Shown here: positions 25,143 to 33,800 of the stretch, in pieces
How positions within the stretch are numbered: the first letter of the stretch is position 1
How the letters are laid out: each line of letters opens with the position of its first letter
NCBI GenBank assembly: GCA_045660705.1
Contig: JAZREH010000070.1
Span: 1 to 36,800 of the forward strand
Length of the DNA stretch: 36,800 bases
Reading direction: 5' to 3'
From: Acutalibacteraceae bacterium
GTDB lineage: Bacteria; Bacillota; Clostridia; Oscillospirales; Acutalibacteraceae
The notes under the pieces: model-generated
The model's input: only the letters and a program-made list of their open reading frames with translations
The model's database searches: none
What the model was told of the DNA's origin: nothing
Translations under genes and position numbers: made by a program

Positions 25143-27698
25143 TTATACTCCCTTTCTCTTTTTATTTATAAGTAATACCGCAAGTACACCGACCGCGATA
25201 ATCACCGCCGCGCCAAGTCCGATACCGACAAACGGAATAGCGTTTGAACCGCTGTTCCCTGCTACCGTTTCAAGTGTCATATCGGGAACCGAAACCGAAA
25301 CGGTTTTAAGGTCGCTTTCAAGCGGGGCGATATACAGATTATCAAACTCGGCAGAACCTGCCGCCGCGCGGAATCCCGCCGCACCCGACATATACGGGTT
25401 TGATGTATCGGTATAACTGAACAGTTCGGTGTCATCGACAAAGCAGGTTATGGTCGAACCGACACAGGTCACCTTAATATGGTATGTACCCATCTTTACA
25501 AGACCTTTGTTCAGTTTAAGAAGTGTCTTTTTCTCGGACTGGAAGTGCTTTTCAAGGAAAATTCCCTTGTTTGAAAAACCGATATAATATGCGTTATGCT
25601 CATACTGGTCGGTGGTTTTTTCGATATTGTCGAAGAACTGATTTGTGCGGACAATTATTCCGGCGGTTGAGCCGTCAAGGTAGGTCATATCCGCCTCAAT
25701 CGAATAGTCACCCCAAGAACTTTTACCGACAAGCACCTTACCGTAGTTTGAAAGTTTTTTAAGTCCCATTTTTCCGTCCTTAAACGATGGCGGGTTTTCA
25801 TAACTCTTGAAGAAAAATTTGCCTTCCTTATCGTAAAGACTGTCGCAACTGTTGGCAAGTTTAGTGGTTTCGGTGTAGTCATTTATATGCACCTGATACA
25901 CCTCGGCACCGCCCTTTTCAAGGTAAAGTTTTACGGTGTTTTTGCCCTTTTTCAGTGAAATATTTCTTACAGAATAGGTGTTATAGGCGTCCTCATTCTT
26001 TTTACTTTCGGGAATCTTTACGCCCGCCTTTATCACATTATCGGCGGTAACCGCAAGGGTTGTATCCTTTTCGACCTTGCCGAGTGTGATATCAAAACTG
26101 TATACGCCGTCTGCCTTTACATTTGCATCAAAGGTCATAAACTGACCCTTTTTAAAGGCAACCGCACTACCCGTTTTGCCGTAGGAAGCAGGTGTTACGG
26201 TGAGGTCTTTTACATTATTTGCGTGAACCGCATCGTTGTTACCCGGCACTACCTTTTCGGTATCGTAGTCGGCACTGCCCATAGCCTTGTCGGAAAATGC
26301 GGTGTAGCCAACCTTAATATCGGAATTTTCAGCGATATATCCGATTGCGCCGCCAACCGCCGGCATAGCGTGACGGCTCTTTTCGGTGCCGTCAAGATAA
26401 ATTATCGTGGTATCTTCGGTCTGCTGAACCTTTATCGCGTGGTTGGCGTTGTAGGCAAAACCGTCGTTAAGAGGACTGCTCTCACTCCACAAAACGGTGC
26501 CGTCTTTTATAAATTCGGTCTTAATTGATGCCGACTTCTGGTCAAGATATACCCTGCCGTAGTTCTTGTTATCGGTGTAAGCAAAGACCGCCGCCGCATA
26601 GCCAGAATTATCGGTGGTATAAAGATTCATTTCGGCAGAATAGACCTTTTCGGTCTTTTTCTTTGAAATAAGGGAAATTTTATCGCCCTTTTCAGCACTT
26701 ATAAAACCGTCGGCATATTCCCAACTCTGACCCGTTTCAAATTCAGAGGTATCATTCTTTTCAAACCAGACCGCGAAGTCGGGCATGTCGGGATCAGCAA
26801 CCTCGTGCGAGGACTGACCCTGTACATAAGGCTTTGTACCGTTAAATAGTATCTTGTCAAGGTCGATATGACGGTCAGCATTGGTTCCCGTAACCTTATA
26901 GGTATCGTGATAAATGATATAATAGGTATCAAGGTCGGGACCGACAAGTATACTGTTATGACCAAGTCCCTTTATTTCACCCTCGGTATTAAGGGTAAGC
27001 ACATTGTTTTCAGGCTCGGTAAATCCCTTTTGGAGGTCATCGGAAACGGCATATTCAACGCGGTAGTTGGGAAGTAAAACATTGTTACCCGTATATGTAA
27101 GATAGTATGTGCCGTTGCGCTTGAACATTGTCGGACCCTCGGTCCAAAGGTCGGCAACACTTACCTTGAAATAATCATTATTGCTTACGAATGTTGTGGG
27201 GCTGGTAAGGGTGGTATAGTTTACGCCGCCGCTTCCGCACCAGAGAAAGTAACGGGTGTTATCACCGTCGGTAAATACAGTGCCGTCGAACTGGCGGCCT
27301 GTATTTTCTGTGATAAGTTTAAACGGTCCTGTAGGTTTATCACTTTTATAAACATAGTGACCCTTACCAAACGGGGCACCGTACATATAGAAAGCACCGT
27401 CGAGGTAGTATACTTCGGGGGCGTACATTGCATAATGCACTTTTTTATCGAGTGATTCATCAAGAAGTTCGCCCTCGCTCTTCCAATTTACAAGGTCCTT
27501 CGATGACCAACTTTTAATATTGCCCTCCGACATATAAAGGTAGAAAATACCGTTGTACTTAAGAATGTACGGGTCGCCGCCCTCGAATATCTTTCCCTCG
27601 CTGTCTGCAAGCGGGTTTTGATATGCAGCTACACCAAGGGGTACTGCACACATAACAAGTACCATACAAAGAACAAGCGAAATCAGTCTTTTAATCAT
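25143..27698 (-). CDS. secreted GH43 glycoside hydrolase with LamG/CBM-like modules and a C-terminal membrane anchor
   Basis: I place the start at ATG 27698 (AAGAGGT 6 nt upstream, ATGA overlap with the upstream stop), not 27734. Signal peptide MIKRLISLVLCMVLVMCAVPLGVAA. The GH43 triad contexts GDPYILKY, QFDGTVF and WTEGPTMF are present. The LamG-like, CBM6/35-like (DGVYSFDITL) and DUF1080-like (WGDYSIEADMTY) order matches the dockerin paralogue. The protein ends in TM helix IPFVGIGLGAAVIIAVGVLAVLLI (25167..25238) + NKKRKGV. Confidence 0.85.
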   Translation of the reverse strand: MIKRLISLVLCMVLVMCAVPLGVAAYQNPLADSEGKIFEGGDPYILKYNGIFYLYMSEGNIKSWSSKDLVNWKSEGELLDESLDKKVHYAMYAPEVYYLDGAFYMYGAPFGKGHYVYKSDKPTGPFKLITENTGRQFDGTVFTDGDNTRYFLWCGSGGVNYTTLTSPTTFVSNNDYFKVSVADLWTEGPTMFKRNGTYYLTYTGNNVLLPNYRVEYAVSDDLQKGFTEPENNVLTLNTEGEIKGLGHNSILVGPDLDTYYIIYHDTYKVTGTNADRHIDLDKILFNGTKPYVQGQSSHEVADPDMPDFAVWFEKNDTSEFETGQSWEYADGFISAEKGDKISLISKKKTEKVYSAEMNLYTTDNSGYAAAVFAYTDNKNYGRVYLDQKSASIKTEFIKDGTVLWSESSPLNDGFAYNANHAIKVQQTEDTTIIYLDGTEKSRHAMPAVGGAIGYIAENSDIKVGYTAFSDKAMGSADYDTEKVVPGNNDAVHANNVKDLTVTPASYGKTGSAVAFKKGQFMTFDANVKADGVYSFDITLGKVEKDTTLAVTADNVIKAGVKIPESKKNEDAYNTYSVRNISLKKGKNTVKLYLEKGGAEVYQVHINDYTETTKLANSCDSLYDKEGKFFFKSYENPPSFKDGKMGLKKLSNYGKVLVGKSSWGDYSIEADMTYLDGSTAGIIVRTNQFFDNIEKTTDQYEHNAYYIGFSNKGIFLEKHFQSEKKTLLKLNKGLVKMGTYHIKVTCVGSTITCFVDDTELFSYTDTSNPYMSGAAGFRAAAGSAEFDNLYIAPLESDLKTVSVSVPDMTLETVAGNSGSNAIPFVGIGLGAAVIIAVGVLAVLLINKKRKGV

Positions 27699-28651
27699 TC
27701 TGTTACCTCTTTTCTTTCTATGATCGGTCCGCATACATTATTACGGTCACACACAAGTTTGCCATCTTCTATCAAAAGTTCAGCCAACTGAACATAAGAA
27801 CGGTGTTCCTTATAGGTAATATTATCGTTTTCTATTCTTCCGCTGTAACGGTCAAAGTTCAGTGTAAAGTAAACTATAAATGCGCGGTCGCCGCTTACAA
27901 ATATATCGGCATGGTGTCCGTTATTCTTGTCATACGCCCTTGTACCTGGGGTGTTTAAAATATGTGTTTCGTACTTCCAATCGGTGGCATCGTCCGAACT
28001 GTATACCGAAAGACCGTCCCAAGAATCGACAATCAGCCAATATTTTTCTTTCCAATAAAACACATTAGGACCCTCATTGGCGTAGTCGTGCATCGCATAA
28101 CCCTTTTCTTCCCATTTTATAAGGTCTGTACTGTCTGCATAATAACAGCCGCAACGATTATCGTTACAACGCTTATACCACATACGCCATCCGCCGTTAT
28201 AGGGTATGATTGCGGGATCAATAACACCGTCTTCCATATCAACCATAGTAACAAAATCCCAGTTCCACAAATCGCGCGATACATAATGTGCGGTGGTATA
28301 ATCCTTGCGCCACGTCTTTGAAACACCGCTTGAATAGGTTACAAACATGTGATACACATTGTCAGCCTTTATGATTTCGGGCGCCCAAAAGGTGTTAAGC
28401 CCCTCCTCAAAATTAAGCGATAGTTCACCTTTATAATTGAATGTCAAACCACCGTCACCTGAAACAGCGACACCAATCTGTGTGCCAAAATACCATTCGT
28501 TTTGTTCACACTCAAGGTCGCCGCGGCGTGCAGTATAAAACATCCACAATTCGTCAGTGACATCATTATATAACAGCATCGGGTCGGCAGGTGCGAAATG
28601 CACGGGGTCCTCGAAAAGCGGGGTATTTATTATATTTTTATTTTCTGTCAT
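27695..28651 (-). CDS. cytoplasmic five-bladed beta-propeller glycoside hydrolase, GH43-like
   Basis: No signal peptide. GH43-style motif contexts are present: APADPMLLY..WMFYT, FWAPEIIKADNVYHMFVTY, VIDPAIIPYNGGWRMWY and NEGPNVFYWKEKYWLIV. I prefer the start at ATG 28651 over the TTG at 28660 (better SD spacing). Confidence 0.6.
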   Translation of the reverse strand: MTENKNIINTPLFEDPVHFAPADPMLLYNDVTDELWMFYTARRGDLECEQNEWYFGTQIGVAVSGDGGLTFNYKGELSLNFEEGLNTFWAPEIIKADNVYHMFVTYSSGVSKTWRKDYTTAHYVSRDLWNWDFVTMVDMEDGVIDPAIIPYNGGWRMWYKRCNDNRCGCYYADSTDLIKWEEKGYAMHDYANEGPNVFYWKEKYWLIVDSWDGLSVYSSDDATDWKYETHILNTPGTRAYDKNNGHHADIFVSGDRAFIVYFTLNFDRYSGRIENDNITYKEHRSYVQLAELLIEDGKLVCDRNNVCGPIIERKEVTE

Positions 28652-28666
28652 TTTAATCAAACCTTT

Positions 28667-29659
28667 TTATCCGACAATGCCGGAATTTTCAAAATTCTGG
28701 ACCAGCTTTTTCTGAATTATAAAATAAAATATCAAAAGCGGTACCGCATACAAAAGTGCCGCCGCATGTTTAACGGCATCAAGAATAATATTGTCATCGC
28801 CCACAACACCAAGCAGTTTATTTGCAACATCGGAAATCATTTCGCGGTTTGCCCATTGGAAAAGACTGCCGATACGCTTGGCAAGGAAGGGACCGTCGGG
28901 ATAAAAATATCCCGTATAGTATGTATCACCGTAGTTCCACACAAACGAAAGGGTCAAAACCGTAATAATTATCGGCTTTGCATTGGGGAAAGCAATTCGG
29001 ATATAGGTCTTAAAATAACCGCAACCGTCGATGCGTGCCGCCTCCTCAAGAACGCTTGGGAATCCCTTAAACGACTGTCTGAACATAAAAGCAAATACAC
29101 TTTGCTTAACACCAAAGCCAAACAGATTTATAATCAGCAAAACCATTGGATTGTTTACAAGGTCGATGGTCTGACCTCCGTTTAAAAGCGGAATTATTCC
29201 AAAAAGGCTAAACTTTTTAAATGAAAGATACTGTGAAATAAGCGTTGCCTGCGGCGGAACAAGGATAACCAGCACTACAAAGAAGGTAAGCATCTTTGTG
29301 TACCAGAAATTATGCCGCGCAATGGCATAGCCAATCATTGCACTCATAAACATCTGTATCAGGGCAACAGCTGCGGCATACAGTATTGAAAATGCAACAT
29401 TCCTGACATTCCCGTACACCATATAGATAGCGACCCTGAAACTGCCCAAAGAAAACTTTTCGGGAATCCAGATTGAACCGCTTCCGCCAATCATTCCCAT
29501 ATCATTAAATACGGTGGGGAAAAGTTTAAGCACCGGATAAAGAATAATAAAACATATTCCAATAACAATCGAATAGAAAAGCAGGTTTCCTATCCCCTCA
29601 CGCCATATAGCACCCAAAGGTTTTTCGCGGCGGACTAACTTTTCAGGTTTTTTAAGCAT
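28667..29659 (-). CDS. carbohydrate ABC transporter permease (MalG/BPD_transp_1 type)
   Basis: 330 aa, polytopic, with EAA loop LEEAARIDGCGYFKTYIRIAFPNAKP. Overlaps the upstream permease gene by 8 nt. Confidence 0.85.
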   Translation of the reverse strand: MLKKPEKLVRREKPLGAIWREGIGNLLFYSIVIGICFIILYPVLKLFPTVFNDMGMIGGSGSIWIPEKFSLGSFRVAIYMVYGNVRNVAFSILYAAAVALIQMFMSAMIGYAIARHNFWYTKMLTFFVVLVILVPPQATLISQYLSFKKFSLFGIIPLLNGGQTIDLVNNPMVLLIINLFGFGVKQSVFAFMFRQSFKGFPSVLEEAARIDGCGYFKTYIRIAFPNAKPIIITVLTLSFVWNYGDTYYTGYFYPDGPFLAKRIGSLFQWANREMISDVANKLLGVVGDDNIILDAVKHAAALLYAVPLLIFYFIIQKKLVQNFENSGIVG

Positions 29660-30557
29660 TTGTTACCGCCACCACCTTTCTGAACACAAACAGCAGAATT
29701 CCCATATCAAGAAGTCCGTTTATCGTATATATAACCGACAGCGCCGAGCCTGCACCTATATTATTCTGGGTAAAGGCGAAATAGTATATCTCACCCGAAA
29801 GGGACGAGCCGACAAACAAATCGACGAAACTGTAAACCAATACGAAAATCATCATATTGCTTATCATCGGCAGGGTTATCTTCCAGAACACCTCATAACT
29901 GCCCGCACCCTCGATTTTAGCAACCTCGTAATGAGATTCACTTATTGACTGAAGACCCGCAAGGAAAAGAAGTATCTGCACACCGCAACTTGAAACAATA
30001 TTGAAAATATTGTCGTTAAGTTGTGCCATAAACTCAATAACCGATTCGGGCAACAACGAATTTTGAAGCAGAAATGCCATTATGCCATCATCACCCGTAA
30101 AGATAGGTTCTACCGAAGCATCGACAAAATTACCCTCAATAGACGATGACATCATAGTGCGCATAATATCAAGACCTAAAATTATCGGCAAGAAGAACAC
30201 CATACGGGCAAGCGCACGACCCTTGAATTTCTTGTTTATAAGAATCGCCGCAAAAAGACTGAAAATCATAAGAACGGGTGTGTTGGTGAAAATGCGTGCA
30301 TTTTCGGTGGCAAGCACCCTTAAAACTAATGAATTGTTTTTTGAGGTGAGTTTTGTAAAAAGGTCAACATAGTTGTTTATTCCGTTAAATACCATTGTCG
30401 ATTCACCCGTTGAACCGACTTGAAGGGTGTTAAAGGAATAGACAAAGGTGTAAAACAGCGGAACGGCAAAGAAAACCGCAAAGCCGATAAGCCACGGCAA
30501 GGACATTAAAAAAGCATTTCTGTGCAGTTTTTTCTCAAGTGTGCCGTACTTTTTCAC
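29652..30557 (-). CDS. carbohydrate ABC transporter permease (MalF type)
   Basis: 301 aa, polytopic, with EAA loop SESHYEVAKIEGAGSYEVFWKITLPMISN. GTG start with GGAGGA 6 nt upstream, 2 nt after the upstream stop. Confidence 0.85.
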   Translation of the reverse strand: MKKYGTLEKKLHRNAFLMSLPWLIGFAVFFAVPLFYTFVYSFNTLQVGSTGESTMVFNGINNYVDLFTKLTSKNNSLVLRVLATENARIFTNTPVLMIFSLFAAILINKKFKGRALARMVFFLPIILGLDIMRTMMSSSIEGNFVDASVEPIFTGDDGIMAFLLQNSLLPESVIEFMAQLNDNIFNIVSSCGVQILLFLAGLQSISESHYEVAKIEGAGSYEVFWKITLPMISNMMIFVLVYSFVDLFVGSSLSGEIYYFAFTQNNIGAGSALSVIYTINGLLDMGILLFVFRKVVAVTNA

Positions 30558-30559
30558 GC

Positions 30560-33160
30560 TTAATCCTCCTTTATTATCTTATAGCCCATCGCATCTACTG
30601 CAAACGAGCCTGTATCAACAGAATTATGATTATAGTTAACGATTACCGAAACGCCGTTTGCATAATCGGTTTTAAATACTCCGTCTGAAATAACGGTATG
30701 GTCGCTAATTTCTTTAGTACCAATCTGACCGAACGCCTCTTTATACGCATTATAAAGTTCTATCGCACCGTCTTTAAGGTCGTTATAGTAAACCGAGTAC
30801 AGATAGTCGATTCCGTATTCCATCATTGGCTGTATCGGTGTTGCCGAAAATGTATACATCGGCATGGCACCCGTTTCAAGTGCCTGAAGCAGATAATATG
30901 CCCTATCGTCCTTTGACATATTGACATTAAGGGTGGTATGCTCGCAAACGCCGTTCATAACAAGTTGTCTGAACGGAACCGAAAGACTGTATCCGCCGTA
31001 ACCCGAACTCTGCCTTGAAACACCGACAGCATAATCGGCATACATCATTCGGTCAGCATTAGGATTTTCGATTGCCACCGTCTTTTTGCCCGAGAGTTTT
31101 TTAAGGTTTTCCTTTAAAACCGTATTTGACGAAATCGGGTTAAGGTATCCGAAACCTGAATAATCGGCGTAGTATGTACTGCCCATATCGGGTAGGTAAA
31201 CGGCACCGAAATCATCGCTCTTTTTAAGGAACGAATCAATAATACCGCTAATCTGAGTGGGTTTTAAAAGCACCGATGACGAATAGTTTTTATCGGTACG
31301 AAGCGTGCCGTCCATATATCGGTTATCACTTAACTTAAATATATCGCCGCCCATATCACAAACAGCATTAAGGGTGGAATTAAAGACACCCGAAGTCTTG
31401 TAAACCCGCATAAACGAGGCTTCGACAAATATTTCGTTGCCCACTTTTGACTTGGAAACAAATTTTACAAGGTCCTTCTTCTTTCCTGCCGAAGCAACAG
31501 GCTTTACCTTGTTAAAAATACTATTGTTTCTGCCGCCGTTAAACACCCATCTATAGTTAAATACCATATCACCGTTTTGGGTCATTTCCCTGTAAATATC
31601 AGCGGCTTCGCTATAATCGGTAAGTGTTATTCCCTTGTCGTACTTGATGCCGAGTATCGTTTCCCTGACGTCAAGGGTTCCAAGCAGATTAACATACATC
31701 TTGGCGCGGTTATCAAACTTAAGTTTAGCACCGTCGGTCAGATATGTGCGGTAGGTCTTGGCAAATTCACTGTAATCTGCATTCTCACCGAACAGGAAAT
31801 ATCTTAATACTATGTCGTATTTATTTTTCTCTGTTTTAGAAAGGTATTTTGAAGACTTTTCGGCATAAGGACCAAGGATATTTACCGAAGCGTACTGTGA
31901 AATATCAAATGAACCGTACACCGAGTTATATCCCGAACCGCCGTCTTCTGCGTTTTTACCCTTAAGATTTAGATTGATATAGGCAAGTTCAGCACCCGAC
32001 TCAATTACGGTGAAATAACCGCTGTTTACCGAGTTTTCGGTGCTGTACATACCGAACACCGGCATCGTTATATTCTCGTTATATTCCGATGCAAAGGCAT
32101 AGTTCATATAAAAATTGTTATCGTATACAGGTCTTGCAAAGGCAGGTACTGATGCATTGTACGAATCAAGTGGTATCAGAAGTCCTGCACCGTCGGGAAC
32201 AAATATGTAACCTTGATTTGAGGTGCCCGCAAGACTGCCGAATGCGGGATACAGTTTTATATTCTGAACTGTAGCCCCGTCATCGCTTATCTGTGTTTCA
32301 TAGGTTGGCACCTTAACCACGAACTGCCCGTTATCAATATAGTTATCGACAACTACCGACAGGCGTACCGTACCTGTAAACTCAACATCTATACCAAATT
32401 CAGTATTGTCCTTGGCGACATCGTCCTGTGTGTATCCAAGCACCGACACCATCTGGACAATCATAGCCATAATACTCTTAATCGGGGTGCTTTTTGCGGT
32501 TGTTACATAGGACTTACCGTCCTCGCTCTTTTTATACAGTGTCTTAAGCACGCCGCGGTAACTGGAAAGTTGTTGCGGTGTTATCTTTGAGTCTTTTTCA
32601 AGTTTTTCAAGACCGTCGATAAAAAACTTCTCATACCTTTCAACAGATATCTGTTTGGGCATATAGTCGGTCAAAACATATGTATCGCCCGTACTGAATG
32701 TGAGTTCAAAACGGACACCGTTCTTTATCTTGTTGATTTTATAGTCCTGATGTGCAATACAGTAATCCTTTGCATTCCACTCGGTAACGGCATTTTCGCC
32801 GTTTAAAAAGGTAACGATGGCGGGCGAATAAGCATTGGAATTAAGTCCGCTTTCCTGTGCGATAGTATTAAACACCTTGCCCGTTGCGGTATCGACAATG
32901 CGTATGTTAAGCGACAGTGTATCAAGAAACATCTTTAGTCCGTCTTTTTCGGCTACAAGAAGTTCGGTTTCACCAATCTTTATGCTCTCGCCCGCCTTTT
33001 CAAAGGACACATCCACAGCAGGGAGTTTTTCGCTTTTTATAACCATACTGCAAACCGCAAAATCGCCGACAAGCACAATCGCCGCGACAAGAAAAACGCA
33101 AAGCGCCGCACGAAGCGGAGTTACAAATCTTAAAATTGAATGATTAAATCTTTTCTTCAT
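30560..33160 (-). CDS. large N-terminally membrane-anchored extracytoplasmic protein, DUF5696-like (function unknown)
   Basis: 866 aa. A basic N-terminus is followed by one TM helix (LRAALCVFLVAAIVLVGDFAVC) and a large soluble region with GH-like segments (GYIFVPDGAGLLIPL, MPVFGMY, VPFRQLVMNG). The DUF5696 assignment is from memory of similarly placed Firmicutes proteins and is not verified. Confidence 0.5.
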   Translation of the reverse strand: MKKRFNHSILRFVTPLRAALCVFLVAAIVLVGDFAVCSMVIKSEKLPAVDVSFEKAGESIKIGETELLVAEKDGLKMFLDTLSLNIRIVDTATGKVFNTIAQESGLNSNAYSPAIVTFLNGENAVTEWNAKDYCIAHQDYKINKIKNGVRFELTFSTGDTYVLTDYMPKQISVERYEKFFIDGLEKLEKDSKITPQQLSSYRGVLKTLYKKSEDGKSYVTTAKSTPIKSIMAMIVQMVSVLGYTQDDVAKDNTEFGIDVEFTGTVRLSVVVDNYIDNGQFVVKVPTYETQISDDGATVQNIKLYPAFGSLAGTSNQGYIFVPDGAGLLIPLDSYNASVPAFARPVYDNNFYMNYAFASEYNENITMPVFGMYSTENSVNSGYFTVIESGAELAYINLNLKGKNAEDGGSGYNSVYGSFDISQYASVNILGPYAEKSSKYLSKTEKNKYDIVLRYFLFGENADYSEFAKTYRTYLTDGAKLKFDNRAKMYVNLLGTLDVRETILGIKYDKGITLTDYSEAADIYREMTQNGDMVFNYRWVFNGGRNNSIFNKVKPVASAGKKKDLVKFVSKSKVGNEIFVEASFMRVYKTSGVFNSTLNAVCDMGGDIFKLSDNRYMDGTLRTDKNYSSSVLLKPTQISGIIDSFLKKSDDFGAVYLPDMGSTYYADYSGFGYLNPISSNTVLKENLKKLSGKKTVAIENPNADRMMYADYAVGVSRQSSGYGGYSLSVPFRQLVMNGVCEHTTLNVNMSKDDRAYYLLQALETGAMPMYTFSATPIQPMMEYGIDYLYSVYYNDLKDGAIELYNAYKEAFGQIGTKEISDHTVISDGVFKTDYANGVSVIVNYNHNSVDTGSFAVDAMGYKIIKED

Positions 33161-33167
33161 AACTACC

Positions 33168-33800
33168 TCACATACTGATGTGATTCAATACTTCGCGCAA
33201 AACGGTTGTAACAAAGGATAAAATCTTACCCATAACGCTGACATAAAACAGAAGTATAAATATCAAAATCAGCATAGCCAAAACTGTAGCAATCGCCATT
33301 CCTATTGTTTTTGACGCCGTATACTCATGAACAACGCAAAGTCCCACAAAGGTAATAAACACAAAGTAGACGGTACCAATCATAATAAATGCGTTTAAAA
33401 TGATTATCTCCTCACGGATGACAAAATTACTGATAAGCACACCCGCAAGGGTACAGAAAATTTTTGGCACCATAGCATACGCAAGGGTCATCAGAATATC
33501 AGATATCTTTCCGTTTCCGTCAAAAAGCGTCGTAACACTCCAGTTGCCGACGGCAAAGATTATATACGGAAAAATCGCCGCCGCAAAAACAAAAATGTTA
33601 TTTACATCTACCGTGTTCCAACTTCTTACCATAAAACCCGAATAGTTCATTCGGATAACCTCGGTAAAACCGCAAAGTGCGTATATCAGCGTTATCAGAA
33701 AATAGTTCTTACGCCGTATAAAACGCGCCTCATAAAATCCGTCAAACGGGTGCACAAGTATGTAGAAAATGAATTTTATATCGCTTACAAGACTTTTCAT
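33168..33800 (-). CDS. Yip1-family polytopic membrane protein
   Basis: 210 aa. The N-terminal HPFDGFYEARFIRRKN segment followed by ~5 TM helices is the usual bacterial Yip1-domain layout. Its ATG overlaps the upstream stop (ATGA). Confidence 0.65.
   Translation of the reverse strand: MKSLVSDIKFIFYILVHPFDGFYEARFIRRKNYFLITLIYALCGFTEVIRMNYSGFMVRSWNTVDVNNIFVFAAAIFPYIIFAVGNWSVTTLFDGNGKISDILMTLAYAMVPKIFCTLAGVLISNFVIREEIIILNAFIMIGTVYFVFITFVGLCVVHEYTASKTIGMAIATVLAMLILIFILLFYVSVMGKILSFVTTVLREVLNHISM

Noticed and set aside
27699-27734. N-terminal extensions in the ORF track: MRTDHRKKRGNR on the membrane-anchored GH43, and 48 extra residues (35246..35389) on the NHL/TPR protein.
   Set aside because: Both extensions overlap the upstream gene. 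Internal starts with good SD sequences give classic signal peptides immediately.
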